From positions 4,434,485 through 4,498,484 of the forward strand of contig NC_134027.1 of NCBI RefSeq assembly GCF_964204645.1: a DNA stretch of 64,000 nt. Direction: 5' to 3'. The position numbers were made by a program, and so were the translations under genes. Shown one piece after another: positions 28,601 to 51,869 of the stretch (the stretch's first letter is position 1; each line of letters starts with the position of its first letter). Origin of the DNA: Tubulanus polymorphus. Taxonomy: Eukaryota; Animalia; Nemertea. The notes below the pieces were generated by a model, which saw only the letters and a program-made list of their open reading frames with translations, ran no database searches and was not told where the DNA came from.

Positions 28601-30646
28601 ATATGCCCCTTTAAATCATGTTCGCTGTATAACGACTAGGCTCATATGTGCCAAATTGCTAAACTAATACGTTCGGAACGATAGGAATAATGAATCCGTG
28701 CAATCCTATCAGAAAACGAATTTCCTTGTTACTGGTAATAAAGTCGCGACATTACAGGCATTAACCGGCGATAACGTTAATTCTATTTATCAAATGTGAA
28801 ACACGGATGTGTGTGCGAGGCAGTCATCGCCTGGCTTTTACGACGACGCAGCCCGAACGGATTTCGTTGCAAATGAGATAATTAGAAAATTTGACATAAA
28901 ACAATCAGCTCTCGACGTGTCTTTAATTCAAACGCTCGAAAAGTCAATTACTCAACGATTAAGAATTCATGTTTCAATCCATAAGACGTCAACGAATCTC
29001 AAATTTATTGTGGGTTGAAGAGTGAACATGATTCTTTTATGCTAAAACTTCGTTACCTTTTTGTATAAAGACTCCCCTTACTTCATCCAAAAACGTTGGC
29101 ATTTATTATCCGTATATTTTGTCAATAAAATGGTAAATAGTCCATTAAAAACTGGTAAGTGCTTAAACATTCTTATCTGTTTAATGTGTGTGAATTCTAC
29201 CCATTTAACTTTTTATTTATTATACAAACTAATAGCTTATTGATAGATGAATTCAATGATATGTCAACGTGTTACATACGTATATTTAGAAATTATAGAT
29301 TTTAGTTATTTTACTCATTTCGCCCGGAGATATTCTACATACGAGTACAATGTGTATAGATACCAGGCGTATTCGATCTGACTTGGATACGGATATTGTG
29401 GTTTTCTTTTATTCCAACAGACTGTATAATCTTTAGAAGCGCGTTGCTACTCTCGGTGACCGGTCAAATGGTCAAGCGGTCGCGTGTCCATTGACCAATG
29501 CGACAGGCCTGTCATGTACGCGTGCGAGCGAAAACTCTAATCTATATTACAAGAAATGAAAATAATCCTTTTTTCTTATTTTCGATCGTGAAACACGCGT
29601 GTCCACCGTAGATCAAACATAAATATTTAGATAAACGCCCAAGAATGGTCTAACGGTGAAATGAAGTACAACTTCCCCCGGACACAGACAATTATTTCTA
29701 GCCCTGATTCTGACAATGCACCGATGTCCCATTGCACGAACTAAAGAAACAACTGAATTTCTGGATCACCTACGTCTCATCGCGCACGCTTATTTGAATA
29801 GTTATGCGGGAAATCTTTAAGAACTTGGCGGAAAATGGGATTGTAACGCCTATTTCGGGACAACCTGTTATCGGAAATCCACCTGCGATCACAGAAATCC
29901 TATACGTCCTCTTTTCTACGTGTAGGGTTGTTTCTATAAGTCGGCCCACTTAAAATGAGTGAATGAATGAAAGTCCATTCGTTAACTAAGGACGCGATTT
30001 TTTCGCTTGATAAATAATTCAGAGTTTCGTGGAACACACATGGTATCCATATAGCATGTTTCTATAGTTGAAATGAGTCATCAACTAGTGTAATTCATCC
30101 TACACACATTCCATTAGATTACACCTCTGAGCTACTTTCAAGACAACATAAAAATCCGAAAATCTCAAATTCCCCACTGTCTTAACCATTCCTAATGTTA
30201 AACACAACAGTTACGTAATCTGTTTACTTACCACGTCGGCGTGACCTTCTCTACATTCCGTTTGTAATCGTAACTGTCTTTCTTCGAGTGGTCGATCCCG
30301 ATATCCTGTGTATTTGATCTGAAACAGATAAAATCTAATCCATTTTAACTTTGAAAAGTAAACAGAAAAGGTAGACGCGCACCAGAACTGAACGTTTCAA
30401 CGCACATTTGTTGGAATGTTTTCAAAAAAGAAATGTAGGACATAGTAATAAAACTTCCGGGTCGAAATGAATGAAATCGCATACCTCCGATTCTCGACTT
30501 AATTTTCGGAAAAATTCGTCGTTTTCAAACTTAGTCCGCTGATCAGGTACTACTCTGGGCATTATTAATGGAAATCCGCGCGGCACTTTCCCGAGGATAG
30601 TTGTTCCTATGTCTGGTAGCATGCTTACTACAGATGATCCATTCAT
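1586..30646 (-). CDS. CBFB: Core-binding factor subunit beta (CBF-beta / Brother-Big brother), RUNX partner; 6 coding exons
   Basis: Exons 30646(or 30622/30562)-30485, 30318-30232, 28508-28389, 17968-17852, 16188-16069, 1642-1586; all GT-AG, all phase 0. Translation: MPRVVPDQRTKFENDEFFRKLSRESE|IKYTGYRDRPLEERQLRLQTECREGHADV|AFTNTGTNLQLYF...VDFDRESGK|VHLRSRFIMNGVCVQWRGWIDLQRLDGTGCLEYDDERAQ|VEDSVLREQLEQYNRRLREFEDRQRQYRDEQERQAEAEAE|VRRKLAEPSPSGTSSDGH*. 192 aa from the conserved MPRVV Met. Confidence 0.96.
11638..11703. repeat. 22-bp tandem repeat x3
   Basis: atgtggaagggcacacagctca / acgtggaagggcacacagctca / atgtggaaaagcacacagctca, head-to-tail with no spacers. Confidence 0.9.
15058..15141 (-). 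CDS. CBFB: Candidate alternative (proximal) terminal exon of CBF-beta
   Basis: Acceptor tttttttgtgctcag, phase-0 frame REMDVSSGYGWSEDTTVEKVPIRTYGF*, AATAAA at 14948-14943. Confidence 0.4.
   Translation of the reverse strand, partial: REMDVSSGYGWSEDTTVEKVPIRTYGF
16069..16188 (-). CDS. CBFB: CBF-beta exon 5 (120 nt)
   Basis: ttctag|VEDSVLREQLEQYNRRLREFEDRQRQYRDEQERQAEAEAE|gtagat; REFEDR motif of the CBF-beta C-terminal helix. Confidence 0.93.
17852..17968 (-). CDS. CBFB: CBF-beta exon 4 (117 nt)
   Basis: ttttag|VHLRSRFIMNGVCVQWRGWIDLQRLDGTGCLEYDDERAQ|gtatgt. Confidence 0.96.
28389..28508 (-). CDS. CBFB: CBF-beta exon 3 (120 nt)
   Basis: ttttag|AFTNTGTNLQLYFYDSNVWGTDSSPIVPRENVDFDRESGK|gtaagc. 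Confidence 0.95.
30232..30318 (-). CDS. CBFB: CBF-beta exon 2 (87 nt)
   Basis: tttcag|IKYTGYRDRPLEERQLRLQTECREGHADV|gtaagt. Confidence 0.96.
30485..30646 (-). CDS. CBFB: CBF-beta coding exon 1 (in-frame ATGs at 30646, 30622 and conserved 30562)
   Basis: MPRVVPDQRTKFENDEFFRKLSRESE then donor GAG|gtatgc. Confidence 0.95.
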
Positions 30647-33600
30647 TTGCGCGGTATACTACACGAGTAAACTTTACCGAGAAACTCTTCGTCAAGCGCT
30701 CATTGGCTGCCGAATCAACCAGTCGGAAGTATTCCCGCTAATAGATTCCGGAATCTTCCATATAAGGAAACTGCCGGGCTGGTTTTTTCGAGGAGAACCC
30801 GTGCGATTGGACGAACCGTGGACAATTAGCCCGCGAAACGTAACCCTTATATGGAAAATGGAATAAATTACGGACGATAATTCCACCCTTGTGCCATATT
30901 AGGTCAGCTTTAACAGGTGCACGCCTCGACATTTATTTGCACCCTCGAGTTTTGACACCATAAAGCACGTGCGATGAAATGAATAACACTGATTCTTTTT
31001 GCTAAACACCTATGTATCATTGTCAACTCTAACCATCTCGATTATTTGGGGACAAATGAATGAAATCAGGCCTTTTAAGGTAACCTACCCCGGAAAATAC
31101 CATACATGTATAGCCTGTCTTCAATCTAGCACAACTTGAATATTTATTCTTAGTCAAGAACCCGTTTACAAAGCATCGCTGCAGAGATGAGCTTATATGA
31201 TGCCCGCAATGGGAAGTTTCAAAAGGGAACTGAGAACAATGAAAGAGAAGCGTATCAAAATCATTGTAAAAAATCATGAAAGATAAAGACTAATGCAAAA
31301 AGCTCAATCATTTTGTTCAGAAAACTGTAATTTTCAAGTATTCGCGATCAATCTTAGATGTTTTGGCCTTGAAAACGTGATCTTTTTCGATTAATTGCGA
31401 ACCATTAGCATAATGCGTGCGGTACGCATTGAATTTCAGGCAACTTTTTTTGAAGGTGATACCGGATCATCTAAATCCGATGCATCATAATTATATTTAA
31501 ACGTCTCCATACGGAAATTACAAACTAAAATGTACGTAAATGACATGACCTTCAACCGTAACTCGCGTCGTCCCTTGCTTGCCAGCAGTGATAGAGGCCG
31601 TTATACTAAAATATAAGGACGATGGATCTCATCAATATAACTTTGCAAATCGGAGACAATCGAATACTACCACCAAGGACGCCGGTTTCTGTTGGTGGTG
31701 GCAGAACAGTCGCGTTTCTTACCTGGATTGACACGTGTCGAAGGCGATTAGTGAATATCCATCATCCTACGGTAGCTCGGCAAAAATCGAAAATTCTTTA
31801 GACGACTGGTCTCCCTTTGAATGACTAAGGGCTAATCGGAACAAAACACATTATAATTCTCGTGACACTGAATGTTGATGTATATTGTGTAACTAAATGT
31901 ATTCGCTATAAATAAGCCACTACACGCGCCATCAATAGTATAACGGTCGGTTTTTCAAATTCTAGAAAAGATGTTTTAAGAATGAATCTTTTCTTCTCGT
32001 GTGGAATGATAAATCTGCGTCTTCGGTGAACCGTATACTACACGAGGCACCTGAAATCTCAGGATCGTGGTGGTAGAAATTGCGGCAAAGAAATTGGGAT
32101 ATTTTTATATCGAATTGTGAATGTCTGCCGCCACCTGCATGCCTCGCTCAGCGGGTTACACACCAAAATAATGGGCGCTCATCAAGTCAGAAAGGTGTGG
32201 GAGGCGATTTCACACAGGCCCCGCGGATAAACGACAAAAAACTTTTTAGAAACCATGAGAACATACTTGAAGTCCGCTGACGATGAGAAAATTTTCTTTC
32301 TTTCATAACGTTCGCTCTCACGGCTCAATAAGACTAACGTTTTTTTGTGTTGTTGTCCTTGGGTTTTTAATTTTCGGACGCAATAGTTTTATTGAGGAGG
32401 GTGTTACTATCAAGTGGTGGTTTACAAGGTTCAAATCCGTATCATTTTGCGAGTTAAAAGGTCAGCATTTTCTTGGCGATGTTGTTCGGTTTTACAGATG
32501 GAAATAGAAGTCTGAAAAACAGCAAAGAGAATAATTTTACGTAGTCTTAGAATTTGACGAAGATTTCAAAAAGTTTAATTTTGGATCCAGATTGTGAATT
32601 GCACTGGACGCCGAGAACAAGGACCCATATTGTCAATGGCACGATTAATATTCAAAACTGATCCGAAAAATAATAAAGACCCTGTGCAAAGAAGGGAAAG
32701 ACATTTTTTCTTAGATTTGGAAGACAATACGCCCACTAGTTTGAACAGCTAAGGCTACTCGTATTTGGTTACTGCCATTATTGGACCAGGAGCTTCTTGA
32801 AAGCAGAAATTTAGTAACTCTAACGGCGCAGTTTTACTGTGGGCGTACGTTAAAGAAACAATGAAACAAAGAATTCAAATTACACGTCCAGCCCCCGCAA
32901 TTCCGTTCGAACAGTTCACAACGCGGACCCAGTCACACGTGGAACAAATACAATTAGAAACGTCCTCAGCCAGTGAGTAGCCTCCCGGAAAAATAACTGC
33001 AACGATGTAACATGAGCGACGGATGAAGATTCAACTTGATAAAACAGTTTTATACATTTCGATTCTATTGTTTGTTGGAATGGCGCACGGCGAGGAAGGC
33101 AATAAACGTCCCATACAATAAGCAGAAAATAGAAACCAAAGCGATAATCATTTTGAGATGTTCACCATGATAGCATGCTCGACGATACTAAAATAGAATT
33201 TTATGTTTAATTTCTGGCATTTTTACTGTTCGCAATTGATATATAACTGTCTAATCAGGCAACAATGGCGATTGTAGATTATTATTTGCATGAAAGGTTG
33301 ATACTTTTTTTGTTCTAGAAAATTTTCGAGCTGTATCGTCTACCCCGAACATTTTCACCGGCGATTTTTTTGTCCACCACGAGACCATGAAAGGCCCCGA
33401 CATGTACTTAACTAAAAAGGAAAAACCAGTTCTATAGAAAATTGCATGGGCATTTGGATGCGCGTGGAGGCTCGTGAAAGCGCGCGTACACGAGCTCCAT
33501 ATAAGGAAGTTCAATTCATGTGCATTCCATAAACCTCTTGAACGTTCTCTGCTGCGTCGTGAGAGTCTGTACGTAAACCACCTGCCGCCAATTGATAACA

Positions 33601-34674
33601 AAAAATGAACTCGGATATATCGTTAAACCATATCACGTATCTCACCTACGTACAATTTTTTTAAAGATCTTAAACGTACTTATCAAACTTTTTGGCCACT
33701 CGGAATTCGGAATCAACTCGACGCATGAACTCTGTGATCTGCTGGATGATTATGACCATTATTTATTAATAGATATTGATGTTCAGTATCTATAGATCGG
33801 ACAATCGCCAATCTGATCACGTCGTATTTTTTCGTCTCCGAGTGCCCGGGTTACGGACGTCCTGGGAACGTTTTTATGATGACCACGTGTCGTCAAGGCG
33901 TTTGATCCTAACACGATCCGGCGTATCTATTCATTGTGTACATAATAGAATTGTATTCCTGTATCTGTAAAATTCGATATCTGGACTTCAGACGATTATG
34001 GGGAGCAGACTCCACCCGTTTACAGTTCGTATTCGTAGTTTTTTTCCAACGAGAGAAGAATGTTAAATCGTAAACCTTATAACTATTTCAATCGCGCTAT
34101 CGTTGATTTTAGTCTGAAAATGGAAAGTAATATAATTGCCTAGGCCTAACTGCCCGATTAATTTTTCTATGCATCCGAAGCCGAAAGTAGGGCGTCACGG
34201 AATTTTATTGATGATCCATTCGGGCCACACCTGCCCTTGTAGGAACGTGGGAACTACCTTGTCGTGTGTGGGACATATAATTACCGGTATACCTCGACTG
34301 TAATGATAGAGACAATTTTCCTTATAAGGATATTAGAAAACACTCAGTCATCGACTAATAACAACGATTGCCATTCATCACCACCAAACTGGAGAATAAC
34401 ATTCAGTTTTGAAGAATCTGGCACAAAACAGTTGAAGACACACAGTGTGATAAAGAGTAAAAGCAGAGAATGCAGTAGTTTTCACGAAAGATTATGCTGT
34501 AGTTTGATTAGAACTGGCGATGCATCCTTCGCCGTTGGGCATGGGCCCGAACCTCAATGTCGCGTCGGCGCCAGGTTCGTCGAATACCAAAAAGGTATAT
34601 AACTCAGTTATCATTGTCATTCAACAAGCCAAATCTTACTACACCCAATGAATGGTGATGATGGTTTGTTTAGC

Positions 34675-34711
34675 CAGGGAAGTGTGATGAGATGTTTATC
34701 ACACTTCCCTG
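34675..34711. mobile_element. 37-bp mini inverted-repeat transposon with 7-bp TSD
   Basis: CAGGGAAGTGTGAT-gagatgttt-ATCACACTTCCCTG flanked by GTTTAGC at 34668-34674 and 34712-34718. Confidence 0.75.
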
Positions 34712-34970
34712 GTTTAGCTTACATTGGTTACGCTGTGGTTCTGATTAGTTATATATATATAAAACATTTCTAAATAGATAAGGGGCCTTAATTGTGCTTT
34801 TTCATCCAGTATTGAATTTATCCGTCATCCATAATTTGCATATATATATATGCTTACAAAATGTGTAGCCTTTTTAATGATTTTTAGAGATTATTGCAGC
34901 GATTCAACAAGAAAACGATTGAAATTGATTAAACGTAATCACTTAACAGGTAATCTTAATCGTTTGTTAC

Positions 34971-35326
34971 CAGGGGCGGATCCAGGGGGATGGGTAGACA
35001 GTATTGGAAGGAAATTTAAGGGCACCTTTCTGATCTTAGGGCACACCCAGTACCCAGGTCAATGCGAGTGCTGAAGGTGCGACGTCCTTCGAAGGGGGTA
35101 TGGGGGCCCTCCCCAGAAAATTTTGAAAATATGGTACCATTTAAAGGCTTTTAGAGGGCTTCTAGAGACTAATTAAGAGCAATTCAGAATAAACGAATTC
35201 CGGACACGGAATTAGCGGTTGCTGAAATAATGCCTTTAAAAATATTGCCGGTGAAATTTCGAAGGGCACTTAAAAATTCTAGACCGTATTGGGCAATACG
35301 GCTAATACGGTCTGGATCCGCCTCTG
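34971..35326. mobile_element. MITE (hAT-like) with 15-bp TIRs and 5-bp TSD
   Basis: CAGGGGCGGATCCAG ... CTGGATCCGCCTCTG, GTTAC on both sides (34966-34970, 35327-35331). Confidence 0.85.
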
Positions 35327-35756
35327 GTTACAAGACATTTTCATTTTTTTCAAATCAATGTGTACGTTTCGGCCAACTTTGACCTGGAGATTTAGGGCTT
35401 CATTTTGGTAAATGATAAATGAATGATCAAAACAAAGGACAATAAACGAGTCTTGTGACAGTTCATGACCACGTGTCATCATTGTTTATATTTATATTAT
35501 CGTGGTTTATTCTAAAATTAGTGATGACACTGACACGAAAATGTTTCGAAATAAAAAAACTCAACTACAGCCTTAGAATATCAACCATATAAACCTGAAC
35601 GATTTAAGCCTTGTTTTCATATTACATCCGTGGTTTATTGTGAATGAAAAGTATCGTTCCTAAGATTCTGAGTTGCATTATCGGTCGATTATTGCACGAC
35701 GTTTCGTCTATCACTGATTCTCAACGTATGACCAGCCGTATTTGTTTACCTTTGTT

Positions 35757-35790
35757 TGCGCATGCGTGAAACCAATCTGAAAATGGCGTC
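35757..35790 (+). promoter_or_regulatory. PHAF1 housekeeping-type promoter: NRF1-like, CCAAT and YY1-like motifs
   Basis: TGCGCATGCGT (35757-35767), CCAAT (35772-35776), AAAATGGCG (35780-35788), all within 150 bp of the ATG. Confidence 0.6.
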
Positions 35791-35900
35791 GACTGAAAAT
35801 TTGTGAAAGATGAAAAAATGATCCGAAGTAAAATGCGCATTAACGCTTGAATATTCTCTGTCCTCGAGTATTTTAGAAATTTGAAGATTAAGTAGAAAAC

Positions 35901-48006
<12,106 letters not shown>

Positions 48007-50364
48007 ATGGCTGTCGTTCTGTAATTGTGCGCGTGTGTGTTTCCCTTCAACCAGTGTGTTGGATTGTAGTGGTATAACGTACATTTGATATCCCGACATT
48101 CCTACTGCAAAGACACGGGGGATGGCAGCTATTTATGAATGTATGAATGTGGAAATCGGTCCCACAAATGGACGGTCAATTCCGCCGTGCGGTGACCGAG
48201 AGCTTATTCAGGAAATAGATTCATTAGCGACGAGTACGAAAAAACATATTCAGGAAAATCTCGCGAGTTCACGCGATGCCCAACTTTTGACAAATTTTCT
48301 CCAAAAAATAACTGCTGCTGGAGATTAGTGATGGATTTACCTGTGATTTGATATTGTGTTAGCGCGAGTTGAGAACTGTGCCGACAAACAGAATGATATC
48401 TCCTGTTTATCGTTATTTCTCTAGAGCTATTCGTGTTCATATTGTGTGTAATTATGATAAATAGCTTTCCATATCTACATTATCAGTATTTTCTATCGAG
48501 CAATCCACGCTGTATTTCAGTTAATAGCTGTTTTACTGTCTGTCCTTACATTTACCGGTATATGTTTTCAATGGGATATTTCTAAATTATGTGTCAAAAG
48601 TAAAACATAATTTGCTAATATGATCCGCTCCCCCCTCATTCATGTACACTTGGAGTGTATCTTTTATATTCTAGGTTGCACATACATAGCGCACATTTTA
48701 AATACATGATATGCATATTTTGTAAATAACGATGAAAAAGAAATACTGATCTGAAGTTAATAATAGCACAATAGAAGCCTAGAGTTTGCTGTAAGTTGCG
48801 AAGCTGTCTCGACAGTTCTTTATATGGATTCACACATATGAAAGAAAGGGACCACTTGGTTTAATTACAGCTTTATAAACTCGATTAAGAATCTGCTGTA
48901 CTTACCAATCAACAGTACTTGATAAACAGAAAATAAACTCATTTTGAATTACGATGAATGCCTAGAACGATTTTGGAGCATATATTCTATAGCTAGAGAT
49001 ACAGGGCTGATATTGTTTTCATCACTTGTAAATATGGAAATACATTCATAGTTTGAAGTTTCCTATCACTTAATGTGGAGTTTATGGAAAATGAAAAATC
49101 GAAAAAAAAATTACTTTACAAAATTCAATGTGTCTTATTACTCAAAAACTAAGTACATGTATCAGGGATGGTATAATATAGGTAAATATTATGTACTAAT
49201 GTAGTGTGCTGATTGTTTTTTATTCTTTACAACTTGAAACCATAGATATATAGACGTTACCTTGAAAAAAAAACTTATTTAGTTACCGCGGAGTGTTGCA
49301 TTGTTAGTTGCTGCTAAATATCAACTAACTTTGCAAATACATGTAGTGGATATGTGGGTGGACGCAATTGCAGTTCATGTGAAAGATGGATTGTATGAAT
49401 GAGGGATTAATGAGTATATGCGTGTTTCTTTTCATCTAATCATTAAAACCTGAATATTAATCAACCTACCAGTAGACAGTGATGTGTGCGATAAAATGTT
49501 CCAATCAGGAAGTTGTCGTATAAGGTCACTGCTTTAGTTGAACCCCACTAGGTTTTTTTTAGAATAAGACTCACAGGGACGAATGTTTTATTCCGTAGAG
49601 TATCTGTTTCATTTTCTAGATATCAGCTTTTATACAGAATATAGTTATTTTTCTCTTGAAGAAAGCATGTTTGATCTGTCCTTTTAGATATGTGCTAAGT
49701 GTTTTTAAAATGGGCCTTTGCAATATGATATATACATACATAACCGGTATACACCCGATAAACATGTTAGAAGTTACAGGTGAGCACACATAGTTGTTGG
49801 TTGATTGTTTCAGTTAAAAGTTAAAAGCTTTCTTCATCAATTGGATGAATATTTGTAGTAGCAGAAGCAACGAATGCATTAATCATACATTTTGTTTACG
49901 ATCTCTCCGTACCATTTCACATTTTGTCATCAGTTACCATGAATAAACATTTCCATCTGTATTAAGTTGATTCATGTTAATGATTTTTAGATTCTATGAA
50001 TCTTGATATTCAGGTTAGATTCGAATGTAGTAGATGATATTTATTAAACACTGCCCAGTAAGAAGCTGCCAGGCATATGTAATTGATTATGGGGTAATTA
50101 GTATATTATTAGATGAAAGTACAAGTATGAGAATATATATTGTTTCTTTAAAGCGATGAGTGACCATTTATCTACCTACCTGCCTACCTAATTGTAATTC
50201 ATCATAGTTGATTGATCACTTAGATAAGTAGTGCAATGCTGATCAGATATTGGTGGAGACTAGATGTGTAAATAGCACATCCTCAGAGATTCTTCAATTG
50301 ATATTATATTATTTGGGCGCTGTCCAAAGACGTTAAACAGTTGTAAGCCATTTCAAGTGAATGT

Positions 50365-50370
50365 AATAAA
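50365..50370 (+). terminator. Candidate PHAF1 polyadenylation signal
   Basis: AATAAA followed by a GT-rich tract near 50395-50430; another AATAAA at 49942. Confidence 0.45.
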
Positions 50371-50703
50371 GAACTATTTATTGAATAACAAGTAATTTTC
50401 TGTTGTAGGTTTTCTGCTTGGCTCTTGTGATGATTAAGGGTGATTTTGTCACATTATAGATACCTATCAAATGGAAATAGGAATGTTCTCTTATTGCACG
50501 ATTTCTACTTAAACATTATCATTAATATATTTTACAGATAAGTTCATCCCACTTATAATCAAAGCAATTAATAAAAAGAGAGATTGGTGGGACAATTGAT
50601 AATACATGTATTTGTATTTTTCATAAAACCAATGTTGTTGGCAGCACCGTACGGTCACCTAGCGGAATTTCTGTGGACTAAAAGAAATTGGTAGTCGTGA
50701 TTT

Positions 50704-50886
50704 AAAACATCCTCCATTGGCAGGGATTCGAACCCAGTGGCTTCGCTAGATTTAGACTGGTCGCCTGTCTAATTCTGCGTGCCTTCATTCGCAGTCAGAA
50801 TAGGTAGAGACCGTCAACCAGTCTACCACGGTACCGTGGCGAGTCAGTCGATGAAGCGAGTCTCCTTAGATGCGAATGGGACCATG
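50704..50886 (-). ncRNA. Structured tRNA-like / Pol III-like element (SINE or ncRNA)
   Basis: B-box GGTTCGAATCC (50734-50724), 5'/3' pairing CCATTCG/CCAATGG, internal 11-bp stem, TTTT at the 3' end. Confidence 0.4.
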
Positions 50887-51869
50887 CGTAGAAGAAAAAG
50901 AATTATTAAAAAATGATTTAATTATCTATTTGTCTATATAGTATGGTGGCTGATTTAGGACATGGCAATATTTTTCTGAAATTTTGTTTACATTACAGTG
51001 GGAAATGATTAGAAATGAAAGGTTGCAAGTACTTACAGTTAATGGCACGCATGGACTGGCCATCTTAGATCACACCAAAAAGATAACCGAAGAACAAAAT
51101 TCCAGTAAGAACAATCGCTGATCCATACAAAAAAATCAAACCATTTTGATGTCACCCAAAGGAGTATTGATGTCACGCAAATGAAAATGGTTACATATAA
51201 TCCTATAAAAACAAGACAAGTCAATCTAGTAAATTCTAGGACATTTAAAACGGCTCATCCAATCTCTCGCTAGTTCTTTCTTAGAACGGACATGGTACTG
51301 GGTACCAGCTTTTGTCCACATACACGCGCAAACGCGCAAAATTCGTAGTCCGTTCCAAATCTTAGAACGGACCTGGTTTGGTCTTTTTCGGACTAAATTG
51401 GACCGGTTGGACCAATTTTGTTCGGACTTTTGCAAGTGTGAACGCTTGGTCTAAATAACGTAGTGTGAATGCGCCTAATCCTTTTAAGGGAGTTGTTAAC
51501 ATGATGACTACCAACTCTAAAAATATATACATCTATTGACTTACCATCGCGACAAGATAAGAATCCGGGAATTGTTTTTACATATTCTCTATGCAAAGCA
51601 ATTCTTGTGCTGTTTTGAGGAGTAGCGGTGGTGTATTCGTCTCATCATTCGAGGTTGGCATTGGGTCGGCCATTGTTAAGTATTGTGGTATTTTCTTTAC
51701 CTTTATTTTCTTTACGGCGTCGTCTGATTGACGGTTTTTTAACGCGCGATACTTCAATTTTTTCAGATTCTTAGTCTTATCTATTTTTGCTACCCTATAC
51801 TTCCCAACAATTGTTTTATTACTTCGAAATCTATTCTGCCCGCCTGATGGCTTTTGTGTATTATACGTA

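Noticed and set aside
1650-34800. RUNX sites (TGYGGT) suggesting CBFB autoregulation
   Set aside because: About 20 seen, roughly what base composition predicts for 30 kb
50872-50887. GCGAATGGGAC(CATGC) matches the 3' end of the HDV ribozyme
   Set aside because: No upstream P1/P2/P3 partners (no GTCCCA strand) could be found; the segment is explained by a simple stem
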